This document shows, in pieces, positions 39,196 to 50,571 of a stretch of 64,000 nucleotides of DNA. The stretch covers positions 84,632,001-84,696,000 of the forward strand of contig NC_086097.1 in the NCBI RefSeq assembly GCF_963921235.1, written 5' to 3'. Each line of letters opens with the position of its first letter. Within the stretch, counting starts at the first letter, position 1. The DNA comes from Mobula hypostoma (lineage: Eukaryota). The position numbers and the translations under genes were made by a program. The notes under the pieces are model-generated. The model ran no database searches, had not been told where the DNA came from, and saw only the letters and a list, made by a program, of their open reading frames with translations.

Positions 39196-42057
39196 CCAGC
39201 ACTGCATTGCTGGAAAAGCTGAGAATGCTTTTCGATAGATATAACATTCTACACAAAAGCAAAAGGAAAATATCTGGTGGTTCTTGTCTATTACTTTTTA
39301 TTAAAAGGCAAATATACTCTATGTTCTAAGGGACATAAATTGTGTTCTATTTTTGAGATTGGCCTTGTGGTGGATGAAATGGAGAACGCTGTAAATCTAA
39401 TTCTACCACATCTTGACCTCAAACCACTATGACAGATTGGCAACCAAACTGATAGCAGCATGCTCATTCTGTTAAATGTCTTCATGCATTTTGAGAATTG
39501 CTTTGTCATTTGCATCAACCTTTCCTCTCTATTGCCCCAGTGTTATACCTACCAGTATTCTTTTTGGTGTATCTAGAAACATAGAAAACCTGCAGTACAA
39601 TACAGGTTCTTTGGCCCACAATGCTGTGCCGAATATGTACTTGCTTTACAAATTACCTAGGGTTACCCATAGCCCTCTATTTTTCTAAGCTCCATGTTTC
39701 TGTGTTGTCATTTCAGACTAGAAAGAGGTAACAACAGAGAATCCTGTATTGAATACAGCCATCTTCATAGTGTGCAGCAACATCTATTGCAACAATCTCA
39801 AGGTCGTCCAACATAATACACTTGTTCTTAAAGGGACATTGACACTAATGTTGCACTGAGGCGCAGATAACTTGGAGTTGGCTTTAAATGAGACACTTGC
39901 CAATGGCACTCGGCACTTGTCCTTAGGCTTCCATTCTTGATTTTTTTGGTATCCCTCAAACTTTAGTATCCACAATCACTGGTCTAGTTGTAAAAGGTTC
40001 ATCTTATGGCATCCTGCATGCATTGTTAATGTGTCTGAAAAGCTGCCTGCATAAATTTATCTACCAACCTATTGGGATGGTGGAGTCTGTAATCTTTGTG
40101 GGTTGATTCACCATATTGATAGTAGTTTATTCTGTTTGCAGAATCCATATATGAATCAGAATCAGGTTTATTATCACTGGCACGTGACGTGAAATTTGGT
40201 AACTTAGCAGCAGCCGTTCAATGCAATACATAATCTAGCAGAGAAAAAAAATCATAATAATAACTAAGTAAATCAATTATGTATAGATTTTTTAAAAAAT
40301 GTGCAAAAACAAATACTGTATATTTTTTAAAAAGTGAGGTAGTGTCCAAAGATTCAATGTCAGTTTAGGAATCGGATGGTGGAGGGGAAGAAGCTGTTCC
40401 TGATTCACTGAGTGAGTGCTTTCGGGCTTCTGTACCTCCTACCTGATGGTAACAGTGAGAAAAGGGCATGCACTGGGTGCTGGAGGTCCTTAATAATGGA
40501 CGCTGCCTTTCTGAGACACCGTTCCCTAAAGATGTCCTAGGTACTTTGTAGACTAATACCCAAGATGGAAGGCTGACTAGATTTACAACCTATCTCCATA
40601 AAAATGGTACAAATTTGCAAATGGTAGCTCCATATTAGAAAATAAGCGTGTCACATTTCCAATCCAGTTCTTGCTTAAATAATAATCATTCCTTCAACTC
40701 TGAAAGTTTCAGATTCCATCTCTGTTCTTGCTACTCTGGGATCTTAAACCATACAACTTGATTCAAGAGGAAGGAATTTCTAGAGCAAAGAAAACAGACC
40801 GCTAGAGAAACTCTAAGCATCTAAAAAGGCAACGGGATAATCAAATGTTTTGGGTTGCGATCTTGCATCTGGTCCTGCTGAGCTCCTCCAGCAGTCTTTT
40901 TGTTCCACATTCCAGCATCTGCAGTCTCTTGGGAATACAGAAAGAAATTCTGATCTGGTGTTCGGATTTGTATTGAACCTTAACCTCTCCTCGTACATGG
41001 TCCTGAGACCTGGAGTACTTACAGCATCATCATCAGGCACTGGAAAAAACTTAAAGATTCAAAATACATTTATTACATTATACAAGAATGTATACATTGT
41101 ACAACCTTGAGATTTGTTTGCTTACAGGTAGCCACAAAGCAAAAAACCTGAAGAACCCAATTAAAAAAAAGACCAACACCCAATGTGTAAGAGAAAGGGA
41201 AAAAGTAAACGAGTCATGCAATCTACAACGTTCTGAACCTAATTGAGTTCTCAGATCCAGACCCAGAGTAGGCCCAAGGTCTTACTTACCAGTTTGTCGT
41301 ATTAACGGGCACAGAGTACACCATCAAGGCAGTCTTCATAGCCTCAGCACCATGGAGAGCGGAGTGACCATCTCGGAGAGGGAGCGAAATCAGCTCTCGC
41401 CTTGGATTCGGACACCTTGTCTTTTCGGTCTATCTAGGCTGACATTTAAATTGACCAAACAATGGATCGTATTTCACGTTGTACCCAGAAACCACTGCAG
41501 TGAAAGGCTGCATTGCCCTGGAGAGAGGAGTGAACATCACAGGGAGCAAACGAAGTCAGCTCTTGCCTCCAATCTGGTCCGGTGATTAAAATATCACTCA
41601 CAATGTCTCTGCAAAATACTAAGTTTGTACTTCAAATTCACTGGTAGGAGGAACAAAGTATTGCCATTGTCCTTTTCTGAGCCCAAGTCCCAGTATCAAA
41701 TTGTAGACAATGTAGCCAAATCTGTTGTGACAGAGAAAAAGATCCTGAATAGTACTCATTGCTTCTCTGACCCCTAGGAGCCTCTGGCTAACAAAGTGGA
41801 GAGTTTGAGAAGGGATTCAGAATCTCAAAACCAAAAATAGAAACACACAGAGGTTCTGTTTAAGTGACAGAAGGAACACATCACCTCTCAAGCTGTCCAT
41901 CCAGAGGATCCATCAGCACCTCCTACCCCATCTGTGAAAGGATGTGTGGTTTTTACATTGACACTCTCAGGACAGGTTTCCCACGCCATCTGAAGGTAGA
42001 GCATTCCTCCTACCCCATCTGTGAAAGGATGTGGTTTTTACATTGACATTCTCAGGA

Positions 42058-43697
42058 CAGGTTTCCCCCGCCATCCGAAGGTAGAGCATTCCTATGAAAC
42101 GGTTTGTAAGCTAGAATGTCGTAAAGTGAAGAAGCAATTGCCATTTATTTATATGGGAAAAATTTGTGAGCATTGGCAGACCCAAAAAATAACCTACCAA
42201 ATCATGCCAAATAACATATAAAACCTAAAATAACAGTAACATATAGTAAAAGCAGGAATGATATGATAAATACACAGCCTATATAAAGTAGAAATACTTT
42301 TCTACAATCATTGTCGAGCTGTCCACTGTAGCGAAAATCTCACGCAAGTGCTCTCGGCAGATACACTCTCTCCAGTAACCTTTAAGCTATGAAGCTGCCA
42401 AATCATACCAAATAACACATAAAAATACACAGCCTACATAAAGTAGAAATAATGTATGTACAGTGTAGTATCACTTACCGGAATCCGGAAGACAGCACCA
42501 AGCACACTGATGATAGTGTGTTAGGCTGAGTTGTCGGAGGTTGGGGTGGTGCAGTGGTCTGAGTCCCCACCCTCAAGGCCGCGGACTGATACATTGCTGT
42601 GAAGAATGCAGCGGTACAGCGGTAGCCGGGACGCACCCAGCACATCTAAGGAAAAGGCTGAAATAAACAAGCTAAGTAATTAGGTGCCGCCCGGCAGGTA
42701 AATGTCGGCCCAGATCAGAGGCGACGCAATCGGCAATTACCTCTGATCTGGGCCGACATTTAGGTGCCGGCCGGCACCTAATTAATTAGCTTGTTTATTT
42801 CGGCTTTTTTCTTAAAGATGTGCTGGGTGCGTCCCGGCTACCGCTCCACCGCTGCATTCTTCGCAGCCCGGTATCGGTCTGCGGCCCGGATGTTGGGGTG
42901 GTGGGACACTAGAGTGTCATCTCATCGTCGTCTGTTTCCATCAGGGCAGGCAGGTCATCTTCTATGTCTGCCTGCCTCGATGTCGAAGATCGAGGTTCGT
43001 CATCTGCTGTGGCTGATGAGGAAGGCTTGAAAAATGGCAGTATGCTTGACTGCTGAGCCTTGCACATTTTTCTGTCACACAGTTCTTTGTAAGCACTCAA
43101 ACCATCCTGCAAATATGCCCTAAACCTATGTACCCTTTCAAAATTAAAGTTGTACTTTTCTGCAATCATTGCAGCAAAAATCTCATGCAGTTGCTTCACT
43201 TCACTTTCGGTCCGTTCGCTACTGCATTCGGTTTCAATTGTTATCCTTTCCTCTTCCAATTGCATCAACTCTTCATCTATCAGTTCTTGGTCATGGGATG
43301 CCAAAACCTCTTCAACATCATCTTCATCAACTTCCATAAGCCAAACTCACTTTGTCCTTACTTCGTTCACCACGATTGAAAAGCTTAATTATGTCTAGTT
43401 TTACGCTAAGTGTAACACCCTTACGAGCTCTTTTAGGCTTTTCCGATACCTTAGAACTCATCTTGCTAACGGATGCTCAAAATAAATCGATGTAAAGCAC
43501 AGATGCTCACAAGCACGTGTTTAAGCAATGCCGGCTAGAATGCAGTTCCGGGGGAGGAGCTTGGCTGCTTGGGGTGCGCGCTGCCTTTTTTCATAACAGT
43601 GAAAACACCTTCTGTTAGCGAAAACAGGTAACTAATGTAGGTCTTTTGTAACAGTGAGGTTTCGTAAAGCGAAGGTTCAAAAATCGGAGGACACCTG
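42058..43697 (-). mobile_element. Tigger/pogo DNA transposon deletion derivative
   Basis: Ends CAGGTTTCCCCCG... / ...CGGAGGACACCTG|TA. ORF 42909-43337 EVDEDDVEEVLASHDQELIDEELMQLE...QSSILPFFK matches the Tigger transposase C-terminus. Confidence 0.85.
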
Positions 43698-44109
43698 TAC
43701 CTATAAAACCCAAGTGGGTGAAAATCTCCTTTGATCCTGAGTAACTGCCTAGGAAGAAGGAGAATTATTCTTCGTCCAAGGTCATGGTCACATTAGACAG
43801 TTATCACTTTGTACAGCTGGGTTCCCATGTGCAGTGCAAATGTTCTAGTCCCAAAACTACAGTGTTGTCTGCCTTTCAAAAGGACCTCATTGGCTTCAGG
43901 TGCGTTGGAACATTCTGAGAGCACCAAATATGTTGCAATTTTTTTTTATTCCTCCATTTAAATTTTTTTTTTGTTCTCTGCAATACTTAAGCCTTGTTGC
44001 GATTACTGGGTTAGTTAACATAATGGCACTTGAATCAAAGCTGCATGTGACAAGGAAACTTGCCAAGAATGTATTTCCAGGGCTTTTCAGCTTTTTGGAG
44101 ACTTTGATA

Positions 44110-46506
44110 TTAACCTAATTACTAAATAATTACCATCAACAAATCACTTTTACTATCAGAGGAAACAACACATTGGACCACTGTTACACTACCATTAGGA
44201 AAGCCTACTGTGCTATTCCATGCCTTCACGTCAGAAAGACTGATCACTTGGCTATACTCCTACTCCCTGAGTATAGGCCAATACTGAAGACTGCAGCACC
44301 AGTAGTGAGGACCAGGATGGTATAGACAAGGGACGCACAGGAGCATTTACAGGACTGCTTTGGATCAGTGGACTGAACTGTATTCAGGGATTCATCTTCA
44401 AACCTGGATGAGTGTGTCACAGTTGTTACCGACTTCATTAAAACCTCTGTTGGTTATGGCTAGAATCATCTCCTGCCTTATCAAGCACCTGGACCCACTG
44501 CAATTTGCCTTTTGCCGCAATAGGTCCTTGGCAGACACAATCTCAATGGCTCTTCAGATGGCCTTGGATCACCTGGACAATACTAGTACCTATGTCAGGA
44601 TAACTATGAAAACTTGCTGTGCATTCCCAAATCAAAGCCTTGGATGAACCAGAAAGTACGTCGTCTGTTAAGGGCTAAATATGTGGCATTTAAGTCTGGT
44701 GACCCAGATCTGCACAAGAAAACCAGGTTTGACTTTTGGAGGGCTATTTCAAGGGCGAAAAGAGGATTCAGAGCCAGGTTGGAGGCAACATCAGATGCAC
44801 AACAACTCTGGCAGGGTTTGCAAGACATTATTCCTACAAAGCAAAACCTAATAATATGAATGGCAGTGATGCTTCACTACCAAATGAGCTCAGTGCCTTC
44901 TATGCCCGCTTTGAAAGGGAGAATATAGCTACAGCTGTGAAGATCCCTGCTGCAGCCGGTGACCTTGTGATTTCTGTCTCTGAGGCGAATGTTAGGCTGT
45001 CTTTAAGGAGGGTGAACTTACACAAGGTGGCAGGCCCCAATAGAGTACCTGATAAGTCTCTGAAAACTTGTGCCAACCAACTGGCAGGAGTATTCAAGGA
45101 CATTCTTAACATCTCAGCGCTACGGTTGTAAGTTCCCTCTTGCTTCAAAAAGGCAGCAAATATACTAGTGCCTAAGAAGAGTAGTGTGTGGGCTGCCTTA
45201 ATGACTATCGCCCAGTAGCACTCACATCTACGGTGATGAAATACTTTGAGAGGTTGGTTATGGCTAGAATCATCTCTTGCCTCATCAAGCTCCTGGACCC
45301 ACTGCAATTTGCCTTTCGCCACAATAGGTCCTTGGCAGATGCAATCTCAATAGCTCTTCACCTGACCTTGGATCACCTGGACAACACAAATGCCTATGTC
45401 AGGATGCCGTTTGTTAACTGTAGCTCAGTGTTTAACACCATCATTCCCACAAGGCTGGTTGATAAGTTACAAAACTTAGGCCTCTCTGTGCTATTGGATC
45501 CTTGACTTCCTAACCGGAAGACCACAACCTGTGTGGCTTGGTGATAATATCTCCTGCTTGCTAATGATCAACCCTGGTGCACCTCAGGGGTGTGTGCTTA
45601 GCCCACTGCTGTACTCTGTTTATATCCATGATTGTGTGGTTAGGTGTAGCTGAAGTACCATCTATAAATTTGCTGATGATACAACCATTGTTGGTAGAAT
45701 CTCAGATGGAAATAAGGGGGCATACAGCAAGGTACACCAGTTAGTAGAGTGATGTTGCAACAATAACCTTGCACTCAATGTCAGTAAGATGAAAGAGCTG
45801 ATTGTGGACTTCAGGAAGGGTAAGACAAGGGAACATGAACCAGTCCTCATGGAGGGATAAGAAGTGGAGAGAGTGAGCAAGTTCAAGTTCCGGGGTGTCA
45901 AGATCTCTGAGGATATAACCTGGTCCCAACATATTGATACAGTTATAAAGAAGGCAAGACAGCAGCTACTTTATCAGGAGTTTGAAGAGATCTGGTTTGT
46001 CAACTAAGACACTCAAAATTCTACAGATGTACCATGGAGAGCATTCTGACAGGCTGCATCACTGTCTGGTATGGGCATGTGGGTCCACTGCACAGGATCA
46101 AAAGAAGCTACAGAAAGTTGTAAACTTAATCAGCTCCATCTTGGGTACTAGCCTCCATAGTACCCAAGGTACCTTCAAGGAGTGGTGCCTCAGAAAGGCG
46201 ACATCCATTATTAAGGACCACCATCACCCAGGGTATGCCCTTTTCTCATTGTTACCATGAGGAAGGAGGTTCAGGAGCCTGATGGCACACAGTGCCAGCA
46301 TCTTCCCCTCTGCCATCAGATTCCTAAATGGACATTGAACCCATGAACCCTACCTCACTTTTTAAATATATATTATTTCTGTTTTTGCACTTTTTTTACT
46401 GTATTTATTTTTCTTTCTATATTATCATGGATTGCATTGAACTGCTGCTAATTTAACACATTTTGTGACACTTGCCAGTAATAATAAACCTGATTCTGAA
46501 ATCTGA
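44110..46506 (+). mobile_element. Rex1/Babar LINE, 5'-truncated (endonuclease end, RT, 3' tail)
   Basis: [57 protein letters not shown]; tail AATAAACCTGATTCTGA. Confidence 0.93.
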
Positions 46507-47829
46507 ATTAAATGCTCAATACCAATATACTGTACTTCTGATTTTAATTATGGTAAAATCTCATTTTATACATAATATTTGTAAATGATTAGCAGCTGTT
46601 CAATTCAGAACATCAGTCAAAGTTTAGATGCTAGAGTAGTTGTAAAGGAAAGATGAGATGGTTAGAGTGAGTGGCTTCCCTGAATGTGTTGTGACCCATC
46701 TTTTGTCCTTTTATTTTTTTCTGGCTGGCTATTACATAACTGTATTTTAATAAATCTAAGTAAAACTCTTGGCAGTGCTTTAGGCTGAGTTAAGATCATC
46801 CACAAGAATCCATTATAATGAAGTTAAGACTTCAGTTTAACGCTTTACAGATTTTTAAGCTTTTTAAGGTCCGTTTATCATGTTTTTTCCCCAATAAAGC
46901 AAATGAATGTCAGCTCTTGTTACAAGATCTGGAATATGTGACCCAAAAGTCCCTTTATCTAATGGTGAATGAAGAATACTTAATGTCAGTTTAGCTTCTC
47001 CTCTCTGCCTTTCACATATTTGTCCAAGACTGTGGAATCCTGTGACACTGCCACTGGGTGCTGCCAGTGTGAATTCTCTCTTTGCTTATTGTGTTTGACA
47101 AAATATTTTGGATATGAAATGTTCTGTACAGCTGGTATTTTTTTTACACACTGATTAAAATGAAACCTTATTTTGTGTGTGTTTCTTTTCACCAGTATGT
47201 GAACTTCTGTTAACAACTACTATAATTTACAAAAAAATGCCTTCTGTGTACTTTCAAAATGGATATGCATTGCATGTTTAATACAAAAAAATAGAGCTGG
47301 GATTAGTAATTTAAAAGGTTAAGGGTGTAAGAAATTATTCAGTTTACAAACATTTGATTTACAGATTTTTGCTGTAATACCATTGACCTTGTTCGGTATA
47401 CATTTGGTATACAAAATCAAAGGTATTTTTTGCCAGAGCAAATAATACACCACTCTCCGTGCATTGGAATGCACTGCACCCAAATGCTGTAATACTCCTT
47501 TTAATTTATAAACTTTTGCTTCCAGAATTTATCCTTTGGTAAATTGAGGAATTGCTGCAGTTTGGATGTACGTGCTCTCTATAGTGTTGCAAATTGTATT
47601 GACGGTATTGAATTTTCTTCAAGCAATGCATTTGTACATAAAGCCACACAAATGCTCTGTATGAAATGCTTGACTGCAGTCGATCGTTTTCATGTATCTT
47701 CCTGTCATTTCATGACCCTATCAAGCTCTTGTACTAATCAATTAGAATTTCCCCTGCCTCTAAAACTTTAATGATTTTATGTTTGAGATGAGATGGCAGG
47801 GTAAATGTGCATATATACAGTACATGTTT

Positions 47830-48500
47830 CAGATAGGTTAGGTAGATAAGGTTGTAAAGAAAACCACATTGGCCTTAATAAATCGAAGTATTGAGTATAG
47901 GCGATGAGATGTTATGTTGAAGTTGTACAAGACATTGGTGAGGCCTAACGTGGATTATTGTGTACAGTTTTGGTCACCGACTGATGGGAAATATGTAAGT
48001 AAGATTGAGTGAGTGCAGAGAAAACTTATAAAGATGTTGCTGGGTCTGGAGGACTTGAATTACAAGGCAAGATTGAATAGGTTGGGACTTTATTCCTTAG
48101 AACATGGAAGATTGAGAGGAAATTTGATAGAGGTATACAAAATTATGAGGGGTATAGAATCGGTAAATGCAAGCAGGCTTTTTCTACTGAGGTTCGGTGG
48201 GACTACAACTAGAGATAATGGCTTGTGGGTGAAAGGTGAAAAGTTTAAGTGGAACTTGAAGGGAAACTTCTTTACTCAGAGGGTCATGAGTGTAGAACAA
48301 GATGCCAGTGCCAGTGATGCATGCGAGCTGGATTTCACCATTTAAGAGAATTTAGATAGGTACATGAATGGTATTGGTATGGGTATGGGGGGCTGTGGTC
48401 CTGGTACAGGTCAATAGGAGTAGGCAATTTAAATGGTTTGATGTAAACTAGATGGGCTGAATGGCCTGTTTTGTGCTGTTCTTTTCTATGACTGTATGAC
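47830..48500 (+). mobile_element. CR1 3' fragment
   Basis: RLNRLGLYSLEHGRLRGNLIEVYKIMRG; (CTATGA)-type tail. Confidence 0.85.
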
Positions 48501-50493
48501 TAACAGATCAGTTATAGTACCAATCTGATCCAGGTATGTTCCATTTTATCTTAATTATACTTCAGACTTTTTGTTCCATTCTTTTTTTATATTATTTCAT
48601 TCTGACTAATATTTTAACTTTTGACACCCCTGCAAGTTAATAGCACAATCGTTAGACTATAATTAAGCAGATTCAACTTCGTGTAACTAGCAGCATGGAT
48701 AAAGTGGACACCAGTAAGTGAACTAGATGTGGAGATCCGACACATTCCCACAAAAGGCTTCTGCACAAGTATGTAAGACATTGATAAATATTTTAACAGG
48801 AATAGTAGACTGGGTATCCATCTCTGATAAATCTGTATTTTTAAGATGGGAAGCTATAACTAATGAGTACCATACTAATAACTGCTGCAGCCTCAACCAT
48901 GTAAGTTGGTGGTTCTAATGAAAGTACAGAATGTATTGCAGCCTATCCTGTTATTAGAAAGGTAAGTTTTCAAAGCAAGTTGTGAGAAAATACCATGTTC
49001 AGGGGGACGTAGAAATGTTAAGCAGGTCGGCAAACATTTGGCAGATGGAGTCTGATTGAGGTTGCCCATATTGGTAGAAAGAGAATATTGTTTAAATGTA
49101 GGGACTACAGAATGCAGCTGTGCAGAGGGATTCACAAGTAATTAGAAAGAAAAAAAATGCAATGTTAGCACCTACATAGCAAGAAGGACTATAAACATAG
49201 GGAAGTCTTGTTACAGCTGTATAGAGTTCAGCTGAGACCAGGCCTGGAGTACTCCACTATAGCATCTTTGATCAGAAGTGTTAACGCTGTTTTTCTCCCC
49301 ATATTTTAGATTCCCAGCATCAGCATTTTTATAAAACATTTTTACTCTGCAGTTTTGTTTTCTGCAGTTAAGGAGACATACATGAGTAGTGAAGAAAGCT
49401 CATTGGGTTGATTCTTAAAATGACAGTCTTTCAGTATAAGGAATAATTAAGCCACAAAAATCTATACTCAGATTAGAATGGGTTCCCAACCATTATTATA
49501 CCATGGACCCCTACCGTTAACAGAGGGACCCGTGGAACCCAGGTCGGGAAATCCTGGTTCGGTATTCTCTTTGAAACCCAGGATGTTGAGGGGGCTCAGG
49601 GTGGTGAGAGGTATGGAGGGCTATGCTCTGGGTGTAGGTAGATGGGCTACACAGCAAACCATGCTGGTATGGACTAGATGGGCTGAAGGACTTGTTTCTG
49701 TCCCATAGTGCTCTTTGAGTTTATGGGGATCAAGCATGAACATGGAATTGCAGATCAAAACTGTAGAATGCTCCAGATATGGAAGAATCCAAACCCTGTA
49801 CAGTTGTAGCAAGATTTCTTATTTTTATGCTCCCTCTCCTTATTAAATGGTTAAGGAGTCTTAAGATGCCATTTGGCCTTCTGTTCTTACTGCATATGCT
49901 ACTTGCTAATCTGAAACCATTCAAAAAGTACATAAGAAGGCCATTTGTTCTATTCTGGCCTTGCTAGCCCTTTGAGTTCAATTAATCCATTTCCTTTTCC
50001 CTTTCCTCATGTTCGTGCAGATTTTTTTTTCATATCTATTCAATTACCTCCAATACTCTTTCAACTACTGCCCTCTAGATCATCATAAATAGTAGGAGAT
50101 TCTCAATATCTCTCTGCCTGTTCTTTTCTAATCATCTTAAACATGGACTTTGGTTTTGAATCTGCCTTCCAGTAAAGGTATCTTAATATGTACTTTATCA
50201 AATAATTTTGAGTATGTGTATTAAATTTTCCTCTTCAATCCCTCCCCCCATTCTATAAAGAGGAGAAGGATGTTTTCTTCATAAAATTGAAGCCTCCTTT
50301 TATTTTCTGGGTCTTTGCCTTGATGCAGATTCAAGACCATAATACATAGGAACAGAATTAGGTCTTTTGGCCTATCAGATCTGCTCTACCATTCTTTCAT
50401 GGCTGATCAATTATCCCTCTCAAGTAAGACCATAAGACATAGGAGCAGATTTACTTCAATAACATTTCAATAACAACCTTTTTTTTTACACAG

Positions 50494-50571
50494 TTACTTA
50501 TTGTTGGAGGATCCTTCGGTCTCCGTGAGTTTACCCAAGTTCGGTATGATGTCCAAAAGGTGAAAAGAAAG
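50494..50571 (+). CDS. COX16: COX16 coding exon 2 (LLIVGGSFGLREFTQVRYDVQKVKRK)
   Basis: Polypyrimidine tract plus acacag| acceptor, 78 nt, donor AAG|gtaagc at 50572. Translation matches the conserved COX16 motif LLIVGGSFGLREFxQxRYD. Confidence 0.96.
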
